Of a stretch of DNA of 14,874 nt, positions 7,419-14,874 are shown in pieces (within the stretch, counting starts at the first letter, position 1; each line of letters opens with the position of its first letter). Source of the DNA: Candidatus Zixiibacteriota bacterium. Lineage in GTDB: Bacteria > Zixibacteria > MSB-5A5 > GN15 > JAAZOE01. The translations under genes were made by a program, and so were the position numbers. The stretch is taken from NCBI GenBank assembly GCA_043819555.1, contig JBDREQ010000030.1:1-14874 (forward strand), given 5' to 3'. The notes beneath the pieces are model-generated. The model saw only the letters and a program-made list of their open reading frames with translations. It had not been told where the DNA came from and searched no databases.

Positions 7419-10400
7419 GTGCTAAATATAGCGGGAAAAATGCAAAAAAAAGCTCCAAACTTTAAGGCTATCCAGATAAGACTGGCTTCTCCGGAAACGA
7501 TTTTATCCTGGTCTTATGGAGAAGTCACCAAGCCTGAAACAATTAATTATCGTTCTTTCAAACCGGAACGAGACGGATTGTTTTGTGAACGTATTTTTGG
7601 ACCGGTAAAAGACTGGGAATGCAACTGCGGTAAGTACAAGCGCATTCGTTTCCGCGGGATAGTTTGCGACCGTTGCGGTGTTGAGGTTACTCAGGCCAAA
7701 GTACGCCGCGAACGCATGGGACATATCGACCTGGCTGTGCCGGTTTCGCATATATGGTATTTCAAATCGCTGCCGTCTCGAATAGGTCATTTAATAGACC
7801 TATCCATTCGAGATCTTGAGAAGATTCTCTATTATGAATCATATATAATCATCGACCCGGGTAATACGCCATATAAGGAAGGCGATATCATACCGGAAGA
7901 AGAGTTTTTTGAACTCGAAGAAGCCGGAAAGGAATTTGAAGCCGATATGGGTGCTCCGGCGGTGAAAAGGCTGCTTGAAAAACTCAATTTGGAAGAGTTG
8001 GCAGTGACTTTGAGGGTGCAAATAAAGAACGAAACATCGGTCCAGCGTAAGAAAGACGTCTTAAAACGGCTTAGGGTTATTGAGGGATTTCGACATTCCG
8101 GAAATCGTCCGGAATGGATGATAATGAATGTTATTCCCGTAATTCCTCCCGATCTTCGCCCCCTTGTTCCTCTTGAAGGCGGACGATTCGCGACTTCCGA
8201 TTTGAATGATTTGTATCGTCGAGTTATCAACCGCAATAATCGACTCAAAAAACTTATTGATATTCAGGCCCCTGAAGTAATCTTGAGAAATGAAAAAAGA
8301 ATGCTTCAGGAAGCTGTTGACGCATTGTTCGACAATGGTCGAAGAACTCATTCCGTGCGCGGCGATTCCAAGCGCCCCTTGCGTTCTTTGTCTGATTTAC
8401 TAAAGGGAAAACAGGGACGCTTCCGTCAGAATCTTTTGGGTAAACGAGTTGATTATTCGGGGCGTTCGGTAATTGTTGTTGGCCCGGATTTGAAACTTTA
8501 TGAATGCGGGCTCCCCAAGAATATGGCCCTCGAGTTATTCAAGCCGTTTATCATCATGAAGCTTGAAGAAAAAGGATATGTCCAATCGGTTAAATCAGCC
8601 AAGCGATTGGTTGAGCGCGAGCGCCCGGAAGTATGGGATATACTGGAAGAAATCATTGAAGATCATCCGGTCATGTTAAACCGCGCCCCGACGCTGCATC
8701 GCCTTGGAATTCAAGCCTTTTACCCTCGACTGGTTGAAGGCAAAGCGATTAGATTACATCCCCTCGTTTGCGCCGCCTTCAATGCTGACTTTGACGGCGA
8801 CCAGATGGCCGTACATGTTCCGTTATCATTTGAAGCGCAGTTGGAAGCTCGAATTTTGATGTTATCCACCAACAATATTCTTGTCCCTTCATCTGGACGG
8901 CCCATTGCGATTCCTTCGCAGGATATTGTTTTGGGATGTTATTATTTAACCAAACTTAGACCCAAAGTAAAGGGCGAGGGCAAAGCGTTTTATAACGAAA
9001 ATGAGGCCTTATTGGCCCATTCAGAAAACTATATCGATACTCATGCCAAAATTAGAGTGCGAATGAACGATCAGTTGGTGGAGACTTCGGTCGGACGCAT
9101 TATTTTCAATCAAATCGTTCCGGATACACTCGGGTTTTTTAATGACACCGCTACCAAAAGCAAGATTGAAGAACTCGTCTCTCAATCTTATCAGGCTGTG
9201 GGACAGACGGAGACGGTTTATTTCCTGGATAACCTAAAAGATCTCGGTTTTCGATGGGCAACCCGTTCCGGAACCACGGTTTCTATTGATGATTTGATAA
9301 TTCCCAAGCAGAAAGATGAACTTATTAAATTGGCTGACAAAGAAGTCAATAAGATTCAGAAAAGATATATGCGCGGTGTGATTACCAATGGTGAAAGGTA
9401 TAATCAAATCATAGATACCTGGACCCGAACTTCGACCGCTGTTGCAGAAGTGATGTTTGACAACCTGGCGTCCGATTTGGACGGTTTTAATCCGGTCTAT
9501 ATGATGGCCGATTCCGGGGCGAGGGGTTCCAAAGAGCAGATTCGTCAGTTGGCTGGGATGCGCGGGCTTATGGCTAAACCTCAGAAGAAAATCACCGGAG
9601 GCGTGGGAGAGATTATTGAAAACCCGATTACGGCGAATTTCCGAGAGGGATTGTCGGTGATGGAATATTTTATTTCCACTCACGGTTCGCGAAAAGGTCT
9701 GGCAGATACCGCGCTAAAGACCGCTGACGCCGGGTATCTTACTCGCCGACTGGTGGACGTCGCTCAGGATGTTATTATTAACGAATCTGACTGCGGTACC
9801 ATTCTTGGCCTTGACGTGTCCGCCCTTAAAGAAGGCGAAGAAGTCATCGAGTCTTTGGCCGATCGTATTTTGGGCCGAGTCATCCTCGAAGATGTCATCG
9901 ATCCGGTTACGGAAGATGTAATTCTCGAAGCCGGAAACGAAGTTAAGGAAGAAGACGCGCATCGTATCGAAGAAGCTGGTGTTGAATCGGTGAATATCCG
10001 TTCAGTATTAACATGCGAATCGAAGCGGGGAGTTTGTGCCAGCTGTTATGGAAGAAACCTCGGCTCTAAGAAAATGATTGATATAGGGGAAGCTGTTGGA
10101 GTAATCGCGGCCCAATCAATCGGCGAACCGGGTACGCAGTTGACCCTGAGAACTTTCCACATTGGTGGAACGGCCGAACAGATTGCCGGTCAATCTCAGG
10201 CAAAATCAAAATATGACGGTTTTGTTAAATTTAATAACATCCAGACAATTACACGCGGTGATGGAGTTAAAGTCGTTAAGAACAGAAATGGTGAAATTCA
10301 AATTGCCGATAAAAACGGCAGAGTCCTGGGAAGATATGTTGTTCCGTACGGCGCCTCATTGATTCGAGATGATGGTGACGAAATTGAGAAAAATGGAATT

Positions 10401-11516
10401 CTTTTTGAATGGGATCCTTACTCCAATGTTATCATTACGGAAGTAGGCGGAACAGTAAAATACAAGGATATCATTCCGGATGTTTCGCTCCGTGAAGAGA
10501 TCGATGAAACGACCGGACAGATTCAGCCAATTATCATCGACACTAAGGAAAAAACTTTATTTCCTGCGATTGCCATTTTAGACCCGAAAGGCAAAATTAA
10601 GGCTAATTATCGTGTGCCTACCGGGGCAAACCTTAGAGTCGCCGACGGCGAAAAGGTTACTCGAGGCATGGTTTTGGTGAAGATAGCCCGTGAAATTTCG
10701 AAAACCAGAGATATCACGGGAGGGCTGCCAAGGGTTGCAGAACTGTTTGAGGCTCGCAGCCCGCATGATCCGGCGGTAGTTTCGGAAATTGACGGCACTG
10801 TAAAATTCGGCAAAATCGTTCGTGGTCAACAACAGGTTTATGTGGAAGATGACGTTGGCGGAACAGAAGAGTACCTGATCCCTCATGGAAAGCATCTCCA
10901 TGTTCATGATGGCGACCGAGTTATGGCCGGTGAACGGCTCTGTGAAGGCTCGATTGTGCCCCATGATATTTTACGGATTAAGGGCGTTGGCGCCGTTCAG
11001 GAATATCTCGTCAATGAGATTCAAGAGGTCTACCGACTTCAGGGTGTGAAAATTAATGATAAGCATATTGAGGTTATTGTTCGACAGATGCTTCAGAAAG
11101 TCCGGGTTGAGGAAGTTGGCGATTCGACCTATCTTGAAGGAGAGAGGGTGGATCGAGCCAAGTTCATAGAAGAAAATGATCGGGTCATCGCCGAGGGCGG
11201 AGAACCCGCCACCTTTGAACCGCTTCTTTTGGGCATAACTAAAGCTTCTCTATCGACAGAGAGTTTTATCTCAGCGGCATCATTCCAGGAGACTACTCGA
11301 GTGTTGACTGAAGCCGCTGTGTCGGGAAAAACTGATACGTTACAGGGCTTGAAAGAGAATGTAATTATTGGCCAGCTCATACCGGCTGGTACCGGTGTTG
11401 AGAGATACAGAAATGTCCAGATTGAAACCGAGGATGGCCCCCTGGATGAAATATTAGATGAAAAGTCCGGATCTGGAGAAACCTTGTTGAGTGATATTTT
11501 TCAAAAAAACGCTTGA
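7419..11516 (+). CDS. rpoC: DNA-directed RNA polymerase subunit beta'
   Basis: 1365 aa. Zn-binding CNCGKYK...CDRC, catalytic NADFDGD, bridge helix [24 protein letters not shown], and trigger loop [12 protein letters not shown] followed by an SI3-type insert. GTG start with SD AAGGAG at 7406-7411. Confidence 0.99.
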   Translation: MLNIAGKMQKKAPNFKAIQIRLASPETILSWSYGEVTKPETINYRSFKPERDGLFCERIFGPVKDWECNCGKYKRIRFRGIVCDRCGVEVTQAKVRRERMGHIDLAVPVSHIWYFKSLPSRIGHLIDLSIRDLEKILYYESYIIIDPGNTPYKEGDIIPEEEFFELEEAGKEFEADMGAPAVKRLLEKLNLEELAVTLRVQIKNETSVQRKKDVLKRLRVIEGFRHSGNRPEWMIMNVIPVIPPDLRPLVPLEGGRFATSDLNDLYRRVINRNNRLKKLIDIQAPEVILRNEKRMLQEAVDALFDNGRRTHSVRGDSKRPLRSLSDLLKGKQGRFRQNLLGKRVDYSGRSVIVVGPDLKLYECGLPKNMALELFKPFIIMKLEEKGYVQSVKSAKRLVERERPEVWDILEEIIEDHPVMLNRAPTLHRLGIQAFYPRLVEGKAIRLHPLVCAAFNADFDGDQMAVHVPLSFEAQLEARILMLSTNNILVPSSGRPIAIPSQDIVLGCYYLTKLRPKVKGEGKAFYNENEALLAHSENYIDTHAKIRVRMNDQLVETSVGRIIFNQIVPDTLGFFNDTATKSKIEELVSQSYQAVGQTETVYFLDNLKDLGFRWATRSGTTVSIDDLIIPKQKDELIKLADKEVNKIQKRYMRGVITNGERYNQIIDTWTRTSTAVAEVMFDNLASDLDGFNPVYMMADSGARGSKEQIRQLAGMRGLMAKPQKKITGGVGEIIENPITANFREGLSVMEYFISTHGSRKGLADTALKTADAGYLTRRLVDVAQDVIINESDCGTILGLDVSALKEGEEVIESLADRILGRVILEDVIDPVTEDVILEAGNEVKEEDAHRIEEAGVESVNIRSVLTCESKRGVCASCYGRNLGSKKMIDIGEAVGVIAAQSIGEPGTQLTLRTFHIGGTAEQIAGQSQAKSKYDGFVKFNNIQTITRGDGVKVVKNRNGEIQIADKNGRVLGRYVVPYGASLIRDDGDEIEKNGILFEWDPYSNVIITEVGGTVKYKDIIPDVSLREEIDETTGQIQPIIIDTKEKTLFPAIAILDPKGKIKANYRVPTGANLRVADGEKVTRGMVLVKIAREISKTRDITGGLPRVAELFEARSPHDPAVVSEIDGTVKFGKIVRGQQQVYVEDDVGGTEEYLIPHGKHLHVHDGDRVMAGERLCEGSIVPHDILRIKGVGAVQEYLVNEIQEVYRLQGVKINDKHIEVIVRQMLQKVRVEEVGDSTYLEGERVDRAKFIEENDRVIAEGGEPATFEPLLLGITKASLSTESFISAASFQETTRVLTEAAVSGKTDTLQGLKENVIIGQLIPAGTGVERYRNVQIETEDGPLDEILDEKSGSGETLLSDIFQKNA

Positions 11517-11540
11517 CTTGCCGATACTTATTAGTATAAT
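11513..11540 (+). promoter_or_regulatory. Sigma70-type promoter of the str operon (rpsL-rpsG-fusA-tuf)
   Basis: -35 TTGACT (11513-11518, overlapping the rpoC TGA stop), 16-bp spacer, perfect -10 TATAAT (11535-11540). An A/T tract lies upstream and a GC-rich discriminator GCGTGGC lies downstream. Confidence 0.8.
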
Positions 11541-11594
11541 GCGTGGCTTTTTTGATTTTGAATATGGTTTGGAAATTTGAGTTAAGGAGTTAAT

Positions 11595-11975
11595 GTGCCG
11601 ACAATTAACCAGTTGATTCGCAAGGGACGAAAGAAGATCCTGGAAAAAACTACTACACCGGCTCTAAAATCTTGTCCGCAAAAGCGAGGCGTTTGCACCC
11701 GCGTTTATACATCGACCCCAAAGAAACCGAATTCCGCTTTAAGAAAAGTTGCCCGTGTTCGCTTAACGAATCAAATGGAAGTGACCGCGTATATCCCTGG
11801 AGAAGGCCACAATTTGCAGGAACACTCCATTGTTCTTATTAGAGGCGGCCGTGTAAAGGATTTGCCGGGCGTTCGCTATCATGTTATTCGGGGTGCAATG
11901 GATACATCCGGAGTTGCCGATAGAAATTGCGGACGAAGTAAATACGGAACTAAAAGGCCCAAGAAAAGCGCCTGA
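11595..11975 (+). CDS. rpsL: 30S ribosomal protein S12 (uS12)
   Basis: Motifs [39 protein letters not shown] and [13 protein letters not shown] start with SD AAGGAG. Confidence 0.99.
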   Translation: MPTINQLIRKGRKKILEKTTTPALKSCPQKRGVCTRVYTSTPKKPNSALRKVARVRLTNQMEVTAYIPGEGHNLQEHSIVLIRGGRVKDLPGVRYHVIRGAMDTSGVADRNCGRSKYGTKRPKKSA

Positions 11976-11995
11976 TAAGATATAGAAAGTAAAAT

Positions 11996-12466
11996 ATGCC
12001 ACGGAGAAAATCAGCTGAAAAGAGAAGACGGATTGCGGATCCGAAATTTGGTGATCTGGTCGTTAGTCAATTCGTTGGAAGTCTAATGACTCGCGGAAAA
12101 AAATCAATAGCGGAAGGATTACTTTATCGCGCCATTGAAATTTGCGAGGATAAATCGGGAACTCCGGGGCTTGAATTGTTTCTTAAAGCTTTGAATAATA
12201 TTAAACCGGTCCTTGAAGTAAAGTCCCGCCGGGTTGGAGGCGCTACTTATCAGGTTCCGGTTGAAGTAAGACCGAGTAGAAGAACAGCTTTGGCTATTCG
12301 TTGGGCGATTACCTACTCAAGGGCTCGCTCCGAAAAAACCATGGCTGAAAGATTAGCTGCCGAATTTTTGGCTGCCGCCAATAATGAGGGAGCCTCAATA
12401 AAAAAGAAGGAAGATACGCATAAGATGGCGGAAGCCAATAAGGCTTTTGCGCATTTCAGGTGGTAA
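11996..12466 (+). CDS. rpsG: 30S ribosomal protein S7 (uS7)
   Basis: Motifs [22 protein letters not shown] and [20 protein letters not shown]. Confidence 0.99.
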   Translation: MPRRKSAEKRRRIADPKFGDLVVSQFVGSLMTRGKKSIAEGLLYRAIEICEDKSGTPGLELFLKALNNIKPVLEVKSRRVGGATYQVPVEVRPSRRTALAIRWAITYSRARSEKTMAERLAAEFLAAANNEGASIKKKEDTHKMAEANKAFAHFRW

Positions 12467-12470
12467 CCCT

Positions 12471-12624
12471 CTGATTCCCGTTCGACGGCGTCGTTAACCG
12501 TCGATTAGTTACCGTGGAAATTCATGGTTACTGCTCCGTCCGAATAGCTTGCCGGCTGACCCTGCTGTGACGTCGCGCGAGCGCTGGATTGGTTATCATC
12601 TTTTGGCGCACGAATTAGCAGGTT
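12471..12624 (+). other. Structured intergenic RNA between rpsG and fusA (candidate cis-regulatory element)
   Basis: Four successive stems paired by hand: 12482-12488/12498-12504, 12507-12517/12522-12532, 12545-12549/12554-12558, and 12561-12567/12616-12622 with an inner 12581-12588/12602-12609. About 54% GC (87/162, hand count). Confidence 0.5.
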
Positions 12625-12628
12625 TAAG

Positions 12629-14731
12629 ATGTCGAGCAAAGCATCTTTAAATAACATCCGCAATATCGGTATTATGGCCCATATCGACGCCGGTAAGACT
12701 ACGACTACTGAGCGTATGCTCTTTTACACGGGCAAAACCCACCGTATTGGTGAAGTGGATGATGGCGCGGCGACCATGGATTGGATGGAGCAGGAAAAGG
12801 AACGCGGAATTACAATTACTTCTGCGGCTACTACAACATTTTGGCGTAATCATACTATAAACATCATCGACACCTCGGGACATGTCGATTTTACCATAGA
12901 GGTTGAACGTTCGCTACGAGTTCTTGATGGAGCTGTAGCGATTTTTTGTGCCGTCGGCGGAGTTGAGCCTCAATCTGAGACGGTCTGGTACCAGGCTGAT
13001 AAATACGGGGTTCCACGTATTGCCTACGTCAATAAAATGGATCGAAACGGGGCTGATTTTTTTGGTACCGTCGAACAAATGCGTGAAAAATTGGGAACCA
13101 ACGCGGTTCCGATTCAGATTCCCGCAGGGGAAGGCGATACGTTTACAGGTTTGGTTGATCTGGTTAATATGACCTATCGGGTTGCGACTGTAGATTCCCA
13201 GGGCGCAAAGTTTGAGGATTTGCCCGTCCCTGATGATCTCCTTGAGGAAGCCAAAAAATATCGAGAAAAACTCCTTGAGGCGGTTTCGAATTACGACGAC
13301 CGTTTATTGGAAAAGTTTTTGGCGGACGAGCCTATTGACAGCAGTGAATTGCTGGATGTCATTCGCCGGGCTTGTTTGGACGTCTCTATTGTTCCGGTTA
13401 TGTGCGGTTCTTCATTTCGGAATATCGGAGTCCAGAAAATTCTCGACGCTATTATCGATTTTCTCCCTTCTCCGCTTGACAAACCCGCTGTAAAAGGACA
13501 TATTCCGGGCTCGTCAAAAATGGCGGAACGGAAAGCAGATGTAAATGAACCTGCTTGCGCGTTGGCATTTAAGATTGTAACTGACCCGCACGTGGGTCGT
13601 TTGACGTATATAAGAGTTTATTCGGGGATGATTCAGGCTGGTTCTTATTTATATAATGCCAGCTCCGGAATAAAAGAAAGAGTGGCCCGTATTTTGCGGA
13701 TGCATGCGAATAAAAGAGAGGAAGTGAAGGAAATCCAGGCCGGCGATATTGTTGCCGTGATTGGATTCCGAAAGACCGCTACGGGGCATACTCTATCGGA
13801 TGTAAAGCATCCAATTGAAATGGATTTGATGGAATTTCCCGAACCGGTGATTAGCGTCGCAATTGAGCCGAAAACTCTGGCAGACCAGGAGAAATTGAAT
13901 GATTCTATGGCGAAGCTCGCCGAAGAAGATCCAACTTTCAAAGTGGCGATCAATGAGGAAACAGGTCAGACCATAATTTCCGGTATGGGGGAACTGCATC
14001 TTGATATTTTGACTGATCGACTTCTGCGTGAATTCAAAGTTAAGGCAAATGTAGGCACTCCATGGGTTGCTTATAAGGAAACGATTACCCATTCTCAAGC
14101 GGGAGAAGGCAAGTTTATCAGACAATCTGGCGGCAAGGGCCAATATGGTCATGTTGTAGTTAATGTAAAACCGCTTGATGGTGATACCGGGTTTATTGTT
14201 GAAAATAAAATTACCGATGGATCTATACCAAAAGAATATTACCCGGCTATTGAAAAAAGCCTCCACTCTGCGGCCTTCAATGGAATATTGTCCGGCAATC
14301 CGATGATTGGCATAAAGGTTGATATTATCGATGGTTCCTCCCATGAAATTGACTCGACCGAGATGGCCTATTCAATCGCGGCCTCAATTGCTTTCCAGAA
14401 CGCGGTCGAAAAAGCCGGGCCCGTTCTGCTTGAACCGGTAATGACGGTCGAAATAGTCGTTCCTGAAGATTATGCCGGAAGTATAATGAATGACCTGAAT
14501 TCAAGGCGGGCCCAGATTGGCGGCATTATGCCAAAAAACAAATCGCAGGTTATTAACGCTCTTGCCCCGCTGTCGGAAATGTTTGGCTATGCGACAAAGT
14601 TGCGCAACCTTTCTCAGGGACGAGCTGTTTTCACGATGCATTTCGCATCATATCAGCCAGTCCCCGAAGAGGTTACTGAAAAAATGAGAATTGGAATAAA
14701 AAAGTTAAATTACATAAGGAAGACGAGGTAA
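12629..14731 (+). CDS. fusA: Elongation factor G (divergent str-operon copy)
   Basis: 700 aa. [19 protein letters not shown] (G1), [11 protein letters not shown] (G2), DTSGHVDF (G3, atypical), NKMD (G4), [21 protein letters not shown] and [10 protein letters not shown]. Lies between rpsG and tuf. Confidence 0.97.
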   Translation: MSSKASLNNIRNIGIMAHIDAGKTTTTERMLFYTGKTHRIGEVDDGAATMDWMEQEKERGITITSAATTTFWRNHTINIIDTSGHVDFTIEVERSLRVLDGAVAIFCAVGGVEPQSETVWYQADKYGVPRIAYVNKMDRNGADFFGTVEQMREKLGTNAVPIQIPAGEGDTFTGLVDLVNMTYRVATVDSQGAKFEDLPVPDDLLEEAKKYREKLLEAVSNYDDRLLEKFLADEPIDSSELLDVIRRACLDVSIVPVMCGSSFRNIGVQKILDAIIDFLPSPLDKPAVKGHIPGSSKMAERKADVNEPACALAFKIVTDPHVGRLTYIRVYSGMIQAGSYLYNASSGIKERVARILRMHANKREEVKEIQAGDIVAVIGFRKTATGHTLSDVKHPIEMDLMEFPEPVISVAIEPKTLADQEKLNDSMAKLAEEDPTFKVAINEETGQTIISGMGELHLDILTDRLLREFKVKANVGTPWVAYKETITHSQAGEGKFIRQSGGKGQYGHVVVNVKPLDGDTGFIVENKITDGSIPKEYYPAIEKSLHSAAFNGILSGNPMIGIKVDIIDGSSHEIDSTEMAYSIAASIAFQNAVEKAGPVLLEPVMTVEIVVPEDYAGSIMNDLNSRRAQIGGIMPKNKSQVINALAPLSEMFGYATKLRNLSQGRAVFTMHFASYQPVPEEVTEKMRIGIKKLNYIRKTR

Positions 14732-14734
14732 TAA

Positions 14735-14874
14735 ATGGCCAAGGAGAAATTTGAGCGGACGAAGCCGCATGTGAATGTTGGCACGATCGGTCATGTAGAT
14801 CATGGCAAGACGACGTTGACGGCGGCGATGACGATGATCTTGAATCGTAAAGGTGGCGCTGATATTCGTACGTT
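14735..14874 (+). CDS. tuf: Elongation factor Tu, N-terminal part (partial, runs off the window end)
   Basis: ATG 14735 gives [53 protein letters not shown] at 14725-14729 lies inside the end of fusA. Confidence 0.98.
   Translation, partial: MAKEKFERTKPHVNVGTIGHVDHGKTTLTAAMTMILNRKGGADIRT

Noticed and set aside
3613..11516. Inteins, introns, frameshifts, or fusion/splitting of rpoB and rpoC
   Set aside because: Both ORFs are continuous, of normal length and separately encoded, with motifs in the expected order.
11595..11975. Streptomycin-resistance alleles in S12
   Set aside because: The TPKKPNS and RVKDLPG loops are wild type. The [10 protein letters not shown] variant lies in a more variable position and suggests no clear function.
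12514..12570. Short ORFs in the rpsG-fusA spacer (GTG-started 18 aa; MVTAPSE)
   Set aside because: They lack an SD, their start codons are buried in a stem, and they show no informative codon pattern for a leader peptide.
882..14344. Numerous minus-strand and out-of-frame ORFs (60-183 aa) in the ORF track
   Set aside because: All overlap conserved housekeeping genes and show no recognisable motifs; they are typical shadow ORFs.
1..14874. CRISPR array, mobile element, or defence/accessory system
   Set aside because: No regularly spaced repeats, transposase, integrase or unexplained ORF were found; all coding space is accounted for by core genes.

Overview
This window is a core bacterial transcription/translation cluster, entirely on the + strand: 'tuf (3' end) - rpmG - tRNA-Trp(CCA) - secE - nusG - rplK - rplA - rplJ - rplL - rpoB - rpoC - rpsL - rpsG - fusA - tuf' (5' end). 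A ~7-aa insert in RpoC ([14 protein letters not shown]) points to the FCB superphylum, possibly an uncultured lineage such as Zixibacteria (inference). I see no mobile element, CRISPR array or accessory gene, and I cannot support a new multi-gene system. The most notable points are these. (1) The str-operon EF-G is divergent, with DTSGH in place of the near-invariant DTPGH. (2) A 162-nt, GC-rich, multi-hairpin rpsG-fusA spacer appears to bury the fusA ribosome-binding site. (3) A 243-nt rplL-rpoB leader has a possible pseudoknot or switch, terminator-like hairpins and an SD-occluding stem. (4) There is no room for the canonical L10 leader, while the rplJ-rplL spacer is structured. (5) RNA polymerase carries substitutions at antibiotic-binding positions. 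(6) Two direct-orientation tuf copies flank the block. All RNA structures were paired by hand, not computed.
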